DNA from: Octopus sinensis
Taxonomy: Eukaryota
Assembly (NCBI RefSeq): GCF_006345805.1
Contig: NC_042998.1
Span: 189,472,001-189,536,000 of the forward strand
DNA: 64,000 nt
Reading direction: 5' to 3'
Part shown: piece after piece, positions 47,485-60,900 of the stretch
How the letters are laid out: every line of letters begins with the position of its first letter
Numbering within the stretch: the first letter of the stretch is position 1
The notes under the pieces: generated by a model
Told to the model about the DNA's origin: nothing
Seen by the model: only the letters and a program-made list of their open reading frames with translations
Database searches by the model: none
Position numbers and translations under genes: made by a program

Positions 47485-48889
47485 TCCCGGAATACTGTTT
47501 ACCTGAGAAGGCCTTACAAACCACTTCCATTTATGTGATCATGCCAGGACTTCATAGAACCTTTTACCTGTATATATATTTGTTTTTGTTTTCTTTGGCA
47601 GGCTGGACAAAAAGCCGATCCATCCTAAATCTGAAATGGGTTTTCGTTCTATTAACATAGAATTTCGACCATATTCATATTTAAACTTGATTATATATGC
47701 ATGTAAATGACTATTTGTGTGAATATATGAATGGATGTGTGTATGCATAAATGTATGTTTGTGTATGAATAAATGTGTGTGTGTATATGCATATAGATAT
47801 AAATTGTATAATTTATGTATTTATGATTCTGTTTTTGTTTTGTTTTTAACTGAACTGCTTTTCAGTTTTAACTTCTTGTTTGGTTGCATATTAACACATC
47901 ACATTCCTTCATGTTATTTAAACTGTTGTTTCTTGCACTCATGGTACCCACATTTGGCCCTGCCCTGTAAAAAAACAATAACACTTCCCATTCCAGTATA
48001 TTATTGAACTGTTGTAATCTTTTCAACAGACAGTGTTGCAGTTGGCCAAGGTGGTAGAGTGCCAGCCTAAACACAATTTTGTATTTACGTCTTGTCCTTT
48101 TTGATTTCAAGTTCAACTCTTGTCAGAGTTAACTTGACTTTTTATCTTCCTAGGTACAAGAAATAAAATATATAAATAAAAGAATGGTTCAGATTGCACC
48201 ACTGTTGCAACTTATCCAATTAACTGTTCTTAGATGTTATCACTGTCACTTCTTAAGGTGGCAAACTGGCAGAATTGTTAACATTCTAGACAAAATGCTT
48301 AGTGGCATTTCATTCGTCTTTTACGATCTGGGTTCAAATTCTGCAGAGGCCAACTTTGCCTTTCATCCTTTTGGGGTTAATTAAATATCAGTTGCGAACT
48401 GGGGTCAATGTAATTGCCCACTCCTATAATTTTAGGCTTTGTGCCTATAGCAGAAAGCATTAATGTTCTTTAGATGAGGTGATAATCATGATTACCCATC
48501 ATATTGTACACCTCTTTAACATTTCAAGATGCTTGAGATACTACTATCATCACTATCAGACAGTGGTAAGTAATAACAGTAAATTGTCATAAAGATTATT
48601 ACTTCTTTTTATGAATCAGTTGTCAGGAGTTCAAGATCTCCTCTTTGGTGTTATAATTGATGTTTTTCCTTATCATATATTTCACTACATTGTGTCTTGA
48701 ATGAAAGTCAGACATCTCTGAGAGACATTCTCCAAATAAAAGCTGAGATATCATTTGCTGATAAAGCAACTGATGTAACTTTTTCATTCACTATTTTGAC
48801 CATTCTAACTGGCTGCAATACACTTATATGATGTAATGTATATATCAACCTCTACTTTGTGGGCATTTTTTTCCTCTAATTTTATCCTA

Positions 48890-49135
48890 GTCAAATATAA
48901 GGGAAATATTTCTAGAGCTTTCATACAAAAAGATGTACGCAAAATATATTGTTTTGTACCTCAGTCTCTTTTGGGTGCTGGAAATCTTCCCAAGGATGTT
49001 CAGGTTTGTCAAATCCAACTGATTTCAACCATTTTGGATAGAATTGCATGAAAGTCTTGAAGGATTCTTTAAAGGTCAAATATAAGGAAAATATTTCTAG
49101 AGCTTTCATACAAAAAGATATATGCAAAATATATT
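48890..49135 (-). repeat. 123-bp copy of the PTCD1 terminal exon (48951-49073) between 61-bp direct repeats (48890-48950, 49075-49135)
   Basis: Copy matches 49344-49466 with 5 mismatches; direct repeats differ at 3 positions. Confidence 0.95.
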
Positions 49136-49331
49136 AAAGTAAAAGAGGATGTCTTTCAGTTTGAATAAATTATCTTAAAAGAATTGACTGTCACTTATTT
49201 TAGTGACCTTTGTGTGATATCATAAAAACATTTAAGCTGGGAATCTCTACCGAAACATGAAGAGTAAGAAAGTGAAAACTCAGACTAAAAACAGCAAGTA
49301 AAAAACAAACGTCTTTATACAGAATAAATGC

Positions 49332-49508
49332 TCAGCTTTCACTGTTTTGTACCTCAGTCTCTTTTGGGTGCCGGAATTCTTCCCAAGGATGTTCTGGTTT
49401 GTCAAATCCAACTGACTTCAACCATTTTGGATAGAATTGCATGAAATTCTTGAAGGATTCTTTAAAATAGTTGGTATTGCAATATGATTCAACTGCATTT
49501 TTCTGTTC
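49332..49508 (-). CDS. PTCD1: PTCD1 terminal coding exon
   Basis: tcccag acceptor; HPWEEF; TGA at 49334-49332. Confidence 0.88.
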   Translation of the reverse strand, partial: EQKNAVESYCNTNYFKESFKNFMQFYPKWLKSVGFDKPEHPWEEFRHPKETEVQNSES

Positions 49509-50868
49509 CTGGGATGGACACAAAAGGAAAAAGAAAGAAAAATGTAATTTGAAGTAATCACACAATAAAACTGGAACAATTAAGTTTTCTGCTATTTTAT
49601 GTAAGTGAATTTAAATTATAAGAAAATAAATTGGAGATGAAAAAATATGGTTTAATATTGATTTCAGTTTTCATTTTTTAACCTTTTTTGGTTTTGTTTA
49701 TTGTAACTATATGTAGCAGGTGTGTGTATATCATCATCATCTTCGTCATTTAATGATTGCTTTCCATGGGTTGGATGGTTTGACCGAGGACTGGCGAGCC
49801 AGAAGGCTGCACCAAGCTCCAATCTGATCTGGCAAAGTTTCTACAGGTGGATGCCCTTCCTAATGCCAACCACTCCGAGAGTGTAGTGGGTGCTTTTATG
49901 TGCCACCGGGACGAGGACCAGTCAGGCGGTACTGGCAATGACCATGCTCAAAAAGTGTTTTTTACATGGCACCAGCATGGGAGCCAGTCTGGCAGCACTG
50001 GCAATGACCATGCTAAAATCTTGTTTTTCACGTGCCAGTAAGGCGATGCTGGCAACAATCATGGTTGAATGGTGCTTTTTACATGCCACTGGCACAGGAG
50101 CCAGTCAGCAGCCCTGGCTTGGATGGTGCTTTTAACGTTCCACTGGCATGAGTGCCAATCAGGTGGTACTGTCATCAGCCACGTCAGCGATTTTGATTTC
50201 ACTTGCCTCAACAGGTCTTCGCAAACAAAGTTTATTGTCCAATGAATGAAGGGTACTTATAAGTGGGCTAGTTATATACCATTGGCATAGGACACGGGTT
50301 ATGGTCTCACTTGGCTTGTTGAGTCTTCTCAAGCACAGCATATCTCCAAAGGTCTCAGTCACTAGTCATTGCCTCAGTGAGACTCAATGTTCGAAGGTCG
50401 TGCTTCACCACCTCATCCCAGGTCTTCCTGGGTCAACCTCTTCCACAGGTTCCCTCAACTGCTAGGATCCGTTCGCTACACATGACCATACCAGTGCAGT
50501 CGTCTCTCTTGCACACTACATCTGATACTTCTTAAGGCCAACTTTTCTCTCAGGACGCTTACACTGTTGTGTGTGCAATATGTCAGGGAGCCTGGGTATA
50601 CTTTCCTTGTAGACTCCAAGCAATTGACACCAGCAACCAGGTGAAAAGAGGGGAAATTCAAACTCACTTATTAACACACAAATATATATATATATATATA
50701 TATAATAATAAATATTAGGGAATGAATCCAAAATTACAGGGAAAAATCAGATTGTCGGTAGCAGACATGAAACATTTGTAGTGGCGGTTTATTTAATTTA
50801 TATTAAAATTTTATGTATTGATTAAGTCTTTCCTTGTTTGGTTTTAAAATAGTGGTTTTGTCTCGAAT

Positions 50869-50906
<38 letters not shown>

Positions 50907-51244
50907 GATGATGATGATGACACACACACATGATAAACTTACCAAATCTGTTGGTTAGTCATGGGGCTAGTAGAAGCCACTCAAAGTACCAACCCAAAAC
51001 CATGTCACTGGGTGGTTGCGAAGTGAACTTTTTAACCTACAACCATACCTAAATATATATATATATATATATATAATTTTTCTGATGGCCGAATAACTGA
51101 AGAGATGGCAGCATGGATTCCCACCCCGACATCCGAAACTCGGAGTTTTATCATGGCTACTGAATAATTGTCACATATTACATTTACAGATAAATTCCTC
51201 TCTTTACATAATATTGAGGTCTCTTTCATTCTTTTGTTGTCTTA

Positions 51245-51286
<42 letters not shown>

Positions 51287-54200
51287 CACCAGAAGCAATA
51301 AATTACAAGTACTCAATACAAATAATACATAATTACTGAATTTCTAGTACTCAAAGTTACTTGTTTCTGACCACCAGCTGGTAAACTGAGCCTGGTTTTC
51401 TTTAAATATCCACTATCTGAATATTTTTTTGAAATGGAAGTTTGAAGAAAACGTTTATCCTTATGTCAATGAAATGTGCAAAAATGGTTGCTTGAAGCTC
51501 ATACTTTGGATTTCATTTCTGGTTCTCATGGTAACGTCATAAACATCATAAACTCAATATAAATGAAGTCATGAAACTGCATTGCTGTTTAAGCAAGTCT
51601 TTTAATGATTTTAGTCATTGGACTACAACCATGAGGGGAAACTGTTTTTACTCATTTTATCAGACTTGTTGTTTAAAATTAAGAGTCCGTGTCAGTGACA
51701 CGTAAAAGCACCAACCGATCGTGGCCGTTTGCCAGCCTCCTCTGGCCCCTGTACCGGTGGCACGTAAAAAGCACCCACTACACTCACAGAGTGGTTGGCA
51801 TTAGGCAGGGCATCAAGCTGTAGAAACACTGCCAGATCAGACTGGAGCCTGGTGCAGCCTCCTGGCTTCCCAGACCCTGGTCGAACCGTCCAACCCATGC
51901 TAGCATGGAAAACGGACGTTAAACGATGATGATGATTACTATTTTTCCATCTCTATCATTAATAATGAAATGTGAACAATAATGCCTTTATCCTAAAGAA
52001 ATAATTTCGTCATATGCTTCCTTATATTTCTTCCTCTTACTCTTATAAATTTACTAATTTGAAGACGTAGCAGTGTGAACTCAACTACATGGTTCTGGGT
52101 TCATTCCTACTGTGTGGCAAGTGTCTTCTACTATAGCCTTGAGCCAACCAAAGCCTTGTGAGTAGATTTGGGAGACAGAAACTGAAAGAAGTCCATCGTA
52201 TGTATGTGTGTGTTTGTCCCCCACCACTGCTTGACAAGAGGTGTTAGTGTGTTTATGTCCCTGTAACTTAGTGGTTCGGCAAAAGAGACCAATAGAATAA
52301 GTACTAGGCTAAAAAGTAAGTCCTGGGGTCGATTTCATCATCATCATCATCGTTTAATGTCCGTTTTCCGTGGTAGCATGGGTTGGACGGTTCGACTGGG
52401 GTCTGGGAAGACAGAAGGCTGCACCAGGCCCCAGTCTGATCTGGCAATGTTTCTACAGCTGGATGCCCTTCCTAACGCCAACCACTCCGAGAGTGTAGTG
52501 GGTGCTTTTTATGTGCCAGGGGAGGTTCGACTAAAACCCCTCAAGGTGGTGTTCCAACATGACCCTCAATCAAATGATTGAAACAAGTAAAAGAATAAAA
52601 GAAAGAATAATGTTCAATCGACTGCTTTGTACCGAAGATATCCAATGAAACTGAAATAGCTGTATGAGAATGTTAACGGCTGATTAAAAGAAAGAAAATT
52701 TAATCAAATTAATTGATATATTTTTTATTTCTACTTCTAAAGGTAAAAATCACCCTATCTCAAACAGGCAAGACTATTCTCTCTCGTCATAAGAGGCGAA
52801 TCAACTGAGAGATTCACATTTATTGACTGGGTTAGGATTTACCAGAGTGATGTCCCTTAGGAGAGTCAGCTCCCTTCTACGTCACGAATTTACAATGGTG
52901 TAAATAAGTACACACTGAACGCAGTCCTCGGCTCCCTACATATATGTAAAGCAGGATGATCGTGGTTGGAACGACTTTGTTCTTATGTCTATTCAATGAG
53001 GAATGACTTTGGCTAAACAACGACACTACAGACTGCGAGCCAACGAAGCAATCTCTACGTAGCCAGTCAACCAGTAGACAAGACCTCTGTCACACTTCAT
53101 CACCTTACAAAAAAATGTGCGGTACAGATTACATTGTCTCAGTAAAAGACTTGAAGGTCATGGCTCGAGTGCCTTTCATCATTGGTTTATTTGCCTTTTC
53201 CCTCTCATGATTCATAAGAACAGAATAAAGTTTAGAAATCACATTGACTATATTCTTGAAGGCAATACCCCAGCATTACTATAATCCACTAAGTGAACTA
53301 ACCATCATCATTTAACGTCCGTTTTCCATGCTGGCATGGGTTGGACGGTTTGACGGAAAACTGGTAAGTTGCACCAGGTTCCAATCTGGTTTGGCAAGGT
53401 ATCTACAGCTAGATGCCCTTCCTAACACCAACCACTCCAACACTGTAGTGGGTGCCTTTTACACTGTACCAGCACAGGTGTCAGTTATGGGACACTGGCA
53501 TTGGCCATGACTATAATTTCACTTGGCTTGGCAGGTGTTGGTCATTTGTCATTGCCTCTCTGAGGCCCAATACAAAAAAACAAAAAATAATGAATAAAGA
53601 ATTGTTATTCACATACCATCCCAAGAATTTTCTTCCGAGCACTGGCTATATGGTTTTCAATGTGTTGGATGAATGCAGTGTTAGGTTTTAGGCCCCATTT
53701 TGGCATCATTTCTAGAAGTTCAAGCTTGTATTTAAAATCCATATTGCTCTTGTACATTAACAGACCAAATATTTCAATATTTGGTTCCATACCAAGTTCC
53801 TAAAATAAGATAAAAGCTTAAAAAATAAATTAAATTAAAATGCAACCTGTTTGACTTGTAAACACTAGGCCATGTCAGTACCTGTATATATGTATATAAA
53901 GTTAATCCAAACATGAAAACACAACAACGCGAAGACGTGGAACAAATATAGTATTATAGGACGCTCAGGAAGGAAGGGAAGAAGGAGGGTTTAACGTTTC
54001 GAGCGGAGCTCTTCATCGGAAACATAGGAGAAGGGAAGACAGAGGAAAAAAAATCGCCAATGGTACACACGTGGTCACATATATATATACTGTTTTATGT
54101 CAAGTTATATATAAAAGAATTTAACATTGAAGTGAGGGATTACTCAAGTACATATTTAAAAACTTCGATGTGAGCCAGTCTGATGGAGAGTAGCAGGCCA

Positions 54201-54456
54201 AAACTTTGAAGTCACTGTCAACCCTCTTGTAAAAAATTGGATAATAAAACGAATGGTTTACACCTGGTAGCTTACTTGTAAAACACGGTCACTTTCCCAA
54301 TGATTGTTATGTGTATGGTTAATTGATATAATTAATAAATTCTCGTATATTCCATCTTTTGTCTTTCATTTGCCATATATATATGTGTGTGTATATATTA
54401 TTTAAAATAGTTTGATTCAGCCCCATGCAACTGATCCAGGCTGTTTTCACAGTTAT

Positions 54457-54495
<39 letters not shown>

Positions 54496-56825
54496 GGCAT
54501 GTGTAAAAACATTTGAGCGAGGTCGTTGCCAGTACCGCCTGATTGGCCCCTGTGCCGGTAGCACGTAAAAGCACCCACTACACTCTCGGAGTGATTGGCA
54601 TTAGGAAGGGCATCCAGCTGTAGAAACTCTGCCAGATCAAGATTGGAATCTGGTGCAGCCATCTGGTTCGCCAGTCCTCAGTCAAATCGTCCAACCCATG
54701 CTAGCATTGAAAGCGGATGTTAAACGATGATGATGATGTATATATATATATATATATAAATAACAGTATTATTCTGGAACTGTTAGGATTGTACTGAAGA
54801 TATAATGTAATCAGAAAGTGGAGGTTTAATAGAATCAAACAAAAAGCTTTGCAGTATTTGTTCCAGATGTTTTATGTTCTGAGTTCAAATCTCATCTTTG
54901 TCTTTCATCAATCTGGGATGAGATAAATCACCAGTCCAGGGCAATGATTACTGGAATCATGTGTGTGCTGGGCAAAATTCTGGCTCTTTACATTCTGCAG
55001 GTAGGAATAAGGCACTTGTCTTACATAGTATGTAGTTAATATGATGATGTCTTATATAAAAAAAACACAACAGAAATAGCATCTATTGTTGTGTCTGGGG
55101 AGAGTCATTTTCTTTTTGTGCCTTATAATGTAACACACTCAGAGTCAAAACTATTGAAAAAGTTGCAAGACGCAATGAAAATTTTAGGAAAATAAAAATA
55201 AGAAAAAAGTGGAAATTTTACCAGTGAGTGTGTTACATTATAAGGCACAAAAAGAAAATGACTCTCTCCAGACACAACAAAATATGCTTCAACACACGAA
55301 CTCATATAAAGAATCTTGCAAACCAAATCCAAAAAGAAATAGCATCATCATCATTTAATGTTTGTTTTCCACCCTGGCATGGGTAGGACATCTCCTACAA
55401 TAATTCTATGACAAGCACTTGTCAAGGAAACCACTATGGGTCTTTCATGAGTCTGATGATGCAAGGAAGATGGTAATGGGATGAGCCAATGTAGGTTACA
55501 CAGGACTGGCACTCCCTAATTTTTTCCACAAGCCCATGGAAGGATTTGAGTGCAGTATGGCCTGTCAATGAAACAACAATTGAACATACATTCTCTCTAC
55601 AGTATTGAAATGTAATCACTTCTACATGGCATTGTTTTAACAAATGATGGATACTTTAGATAGTGTAGTTCTAAACATGCTATCTCTGTTTGAAGTAATT
55701 ACTCACTGTGAAGTCTTGGCTTCAAAATTATAAGTAATAATAAGTAAACTTTACTAAAAGTATTGAGTACATTTATCTCCTTTTTGTAAATTCCAATTCA
55801 CCTCTCTCTATGTGCGTGCATACATATATACATATATGCATGTATGTATCAGCTGAGCAAGTTTCTGCTGGTCGCTTGACACACTGGGAATAACTAAAAT
55901 TCCCTTCTTATCACAACATATCATCATCATCATCATTTAACGCCCGTTTTCCATGCTAGCATGGGTTGGACGGTTCGACCGGGGTCTGGGAAGCCAGGAG
56001 GCTGCACCAGGCTCCAATCTGATCTGGAAGAGTTTCTACAGCTGGATGCCCTTCTTAATGCCAACCACTCCGTGAGTGTAGTGGGTGCTTTTTACATACT
56101 ACCGGCACAGGTGCTGGGGGAGGCTGGCAACGGCCACGATTGGTTGGTGCTTTTTACGTGCCACTGGCATGGAAGCCAGTCAAGGCAGTGCTGGCATCGG
56201 CCACGTTTGGATGGTGCTTATTAAAAAAAGATAACACTAAATAAATTCATTATATTTGGAAAAGATGTGATGGTCACAGCTGGAACCTTCTTTATCATTT
56301 ACCGAATCAGGACTGACATGGACTTAAACAACAAATGTTTAACAAGATCCCAGTCAACTTGATTTTTATATTAAATTTGGCTTTATTCTCAATAAAGAGT
56401 CTTCCCATCAGTAATTATTCCATTGTTATTCTTAAACTTGCTTTAAAATAATAACCTTATAATAACACTAGCAGTATCACCCGGCGTTGCTCGGGTTTGT
56501 TTCGACCCTTTAGTATTGGAATTTTTGAAAAGTAAAAATTTAGCATTATGTAGCTTGTTATTCTCTTTAAGTGAACATTTTTCTGGTTGAAATACACCGA
56601 AAAATGGTGACACAGCAGTAAAAAAATCGTAAAAATTAGGGATTTTCATAGAAAAAAAAAGCACCTTTTTGATGTTAAAATGGTCTGATTTGAATTTTTT
56701 CTTCTATAGAAGGAAGAGCAACTCTTCTATCATACTCTCAATTTTGGTCAACTTGCGCCGCAGGGGCTTCGAAGAGATAGTGTTAGTTGAAGGCTACCAA
56801 ACCTGCCATACACAGACAACTTCAG

Positions 56826-56860
<35 letters not shown>

Positions 56861-57572
56861 TTTATATATTTATACACACACAACCAGGAATCCCTGATAA
56901 ATTGCATGCACACAATTCACTCTCCATAAGTTTAACAAGAATAGCCATTATCCTTACATCAATGTTACGAAGGAGTTCCTTTGCTTCATTCAGTTTTATA
57001 CAGCCCATTGCTAAACAGCCAAAAGTTCTTTGGTTAGGATGTAAATTATCTTCCCCAATTTTGCGCAGAACATCCTGAAATATAAAAAAAAAAAACACAT
57101 ATAAGAGTCTGAACAAAAATAAAACTCTTACTACTTACTACAAATTACATGGTTTTCTTGGGATTTCAAACAGAGCACATCATCATCATCATCATCATTA
57201 TCATCATATGTGCAGATGATAAGTCTTGTCTAACCTCTGATAACATGCAAAAAGCTGATGTAAAAATGATCATAATGATGAAATTGAATCAACACTGTCC
57301 ATGTCCCATGTTGGTATGGGTTGGGTGGTTTCATAGGATCCGATGGGCCCAAGGACTGCAATGTGGTCCAGTATTTTTTTTGGCATGGTATCTATGGTTG
57401 GATGCCCTGCCTAATGCCAATCACTTTACAGCATGTACCGGGTGCTTTTTCCATAATGTCAGCAACTAAAGAGGTTGCCAAGCAGTTTGTAAGATTATGA
57501 ACCTCAAGGAAGGACTTTGTTAGGAGAATAAAATATAGAGAGGGATAAAGTATAAGAGAAAAGAGCTGGAAG

Positions 57573-57610
<38 letters not shown>

Positions 57611-57652
57611 TATATATATATATAGATTTATATATTTATATATATATATATA

Positions 57653-57695
<43 letters not shown>

Positions 57696-57717
57696 TATAT
57701 ATATATATATATATATA

Positions 57718-57791
<74 letters not shown>

Positions 57792-57799
57792 ATATATAT

Positions 57800-57837
<38 letters not shown>

Positions 57838-57855
57838 ATATATATATATATATAT

Positions 57856-57940
<85 letters not shown>

Positions 57941-60900
57941 ATTATATATATATATAGCAATATTAAAAATGGAGGGGATCAAGAGGTGGTTCATCAACTT
58001 TTAGACATTATATTATGTTAACTTATTTATTTATTTACTAAACTGATAATTACAATAATATACATAAATATAACATGTTATGCTTTACATATAAGATATA
58101 AAATATAGTAGTATATAAGGATACCAGTAATTATTATAAAATAACAAACATACTGGTATCCTTATATATTACTATATTTTATATCTTATATGTAAAGAGC
58201 ATAACATGTTATATGTATGTATATTATTGTAATTATCAGTTTAGTAAATATTAAATAAGTTAACATAATATAATGTCTAAAAGTTGATGAACCACCTATT
58301 GATCCCCTTTATTTTCTTATTGCTATATAAATTAATGGTAAAATATCTCTTTACCTTCACCCATTTAGTACACTAGGTAATGTAATTGCAATGCAATAAA
58401 AAACACTTGTGTATTAATAACTGGGTATTCTACCAGCAGTATATTGGATAGATATTATCCCTTAGTGGGTTGGATTCACAACCTCTAACTTTCTTGGAGT
58501 TATATATATATATATATATATCACCACCATTATCTGCCATGCTAGCATGGAAAAAGTGGGTATAAAAACAATGGTGATGCGGCATAATGATTTTCTGAAC
58601 ATCATCATCATCTAACGTCCGTTTTCCATGCTAGCATGGGTTGGACGGTTTGACCGGGGATCTGGGAAGCCAGGAGGCTGCACCAGGTTCCAGTCTGATC
58701 TGGCAGGGTTTCTACAGCTGAATGCCCTTCCTAACGCCAACCACTCCATGAGTGTAGTGGGTGCTTTCTACGTGCCACCGACACAGGGGCCAGCCAAGGT
58801 GGCGCTGGCATCGGCCTCATTTGGATGGTGCATTTTACGTGCCACCGGCACGGGTATCACAACTACAATTTCCATTTGATTTTTATTTTGATGTTGATGT
58901 ACTTAACTCAATAAGTCTCCTCAAGCACAGTAGGTCTCCCCATGATCCAAGGTAAGTACAGCAGGCCGTCCTGCGATCCAAGGTACTCTGAATGGGCTGG
59001 GGCTGGTTGTGTGAAGCTGGTGTGGGATACAGCCATAAACTCACTTTATTTGTCGGGTCTTCAAACAACATTCATATATATTAAATATATATTTGTGTAT
59101 ATGCGATCAGGGAAGTGCAAAGCCATGTGGATGGGCGTTGGGTTCATGATTGTAAGATCATGGGTACAGTTCCTGGTTTGGCGAGTTTAGGAACTTGCTT
59201 TAGAGGAGCATCATTTGAAGAAGATAGAAAGGAGGAATTGGAGAAGTTTTTGCATGTGGCAATGTGTATCAATGTGATTGTGAGGAAAGTTTTCTCTTGA
59301 GTGTTCAATGTAGAGATGGAGATGGTAGAATATGCAAAATTTTGTTAGAGGTAACTTATGACCTGGGAATGGTAGACTTCACAGGAAAAATGAAACATAC
59401 TGAGAGATGTTATAATGCAGGCTTGGGATCTTTTCGGTTTGACCGGCAGTTTTTTAATATAATTTCCACGTAACTAAACACTTTTAAACTTCGTATACTG
59501 GTAGAATGTGTTTATAAAACATCTTTTTCTCTTGGCTTTATTGAGAAAATTCTATAGTTTGTAAGATATTTGTTGTCTTTTTTCTTCAATTTCAACCAAT
59601 CAATGACGTCTATTGAGGTGAAAACATTCTGTGCCGTATGAATATGTCCCTCGTTTAAGAAACAGATTGGGTTTATTTACATTTCCGAAAACAGATTGAA
59701 ATGCAATAGATCGATACTAGGGTCATAATTATGGGTGACAATTTCATATGACACCACTAGAAAAAACTGGCATTCAAACCGAAAAGATCCCAGGCTTGTA
59801 CTATACACAAGGACTTGAAAAGAATATGGGCTTTAAGAACACACATGCTCACACACAATTGCATGCAGAATGATTGGCAAACATAAAACAAACCCTTGCA
59901 TCCTGATACCGTAAGGACCGATTTCTTCTCCTGATTATCATGTTATAGAAATCAATGTCTGGTCGCACCCCCAAACTTTTCATGTAGTCCAGAATTTCAA
60001 CTTCTGTGCTATTGTTTAATGGCAGGCAGTCAATTATTTGAGTGAAAGTTAAAATATTCGGCTTGATTTTGTTTTTCTCCATATCTTTAAGAATACTGAA
60101 AGGTCCGCCTATCAGAGCAAGTCGATTATCTGGATAAGTAAGGTCAAGACTCTTTGCCAACTCTGACTGATCAAAATAGTTTGGTTCTTTTTCAATCAAA
60201 TTGCTAATTGGTTGGACCATTTGATCTGCTTTAGAATGATTTACACTGCTCACTGGAATTTCACAATCTTCATTTATTTTGTCTGAAATTTCAAAGAAAA
60301 TTTGTCAAAATTCTAAAATAAGATATTAGACTTGAATAACTGAATTAGACCTATTTCTTTCAATGCTCTTTTGCTAAATATTTCTTAATGTTAGTATGAA
60401 GTAAGGTTGATTTTGAAGATTTCAACATTTGTGTATTGTTGAAGAAATTGTTTTTAAATTATATACAGTTTTTTTTCTTTTAAACATTTAAGTGTGAAAT
60501 AGAACTCTCTTTTACTTGTTTCAGTCATTTGACTGCGGCCATGCTGGTGCACCGCCTTTAGTCGAGCAAATTGACCCTGAGACTTATTCTTTGTAAGCCC
60601 AGTACTTATTCTATCGGTCTCTTTTGCCGAACCGCTAAGTGACGGGGGACGTAAACACACCAGCATTGGTTGTCAAGCAATGCTAGGGGGACAAACACAT
60701 ACATATATATATATATACATATATACGACAGGCTTCTTTCAGTTTCCGTCTACCAAATTCACTCACAAGGCATTGGTCAGCCCGGGGCTATAGCAGAAGA
60801 CACTTGCCCAAGGTGCCACGCAGTGGGACTGAACCCGGAACCATGTGGTTGGTTAGCAAGCTACTTACCACACAGCCACTCCTGTGCCTAGAAGTGGAAT

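Noticed and set aside
48921-49127. Duplicated PTCD1 segment as an alternative terminal exon
   Set aside because: The nearest candidate acceptors (CTAG, AAAG) are phase 1 while the upstream exon ends in phase 0, so splicing would shift frame.
49880-50160. Palindromic repeats with variable spacers resembling a CRISPR array
   Set aside because: Eukaryotic context, no cas genes, spacers are related to each other; these are RTE 3' UTR monomers.
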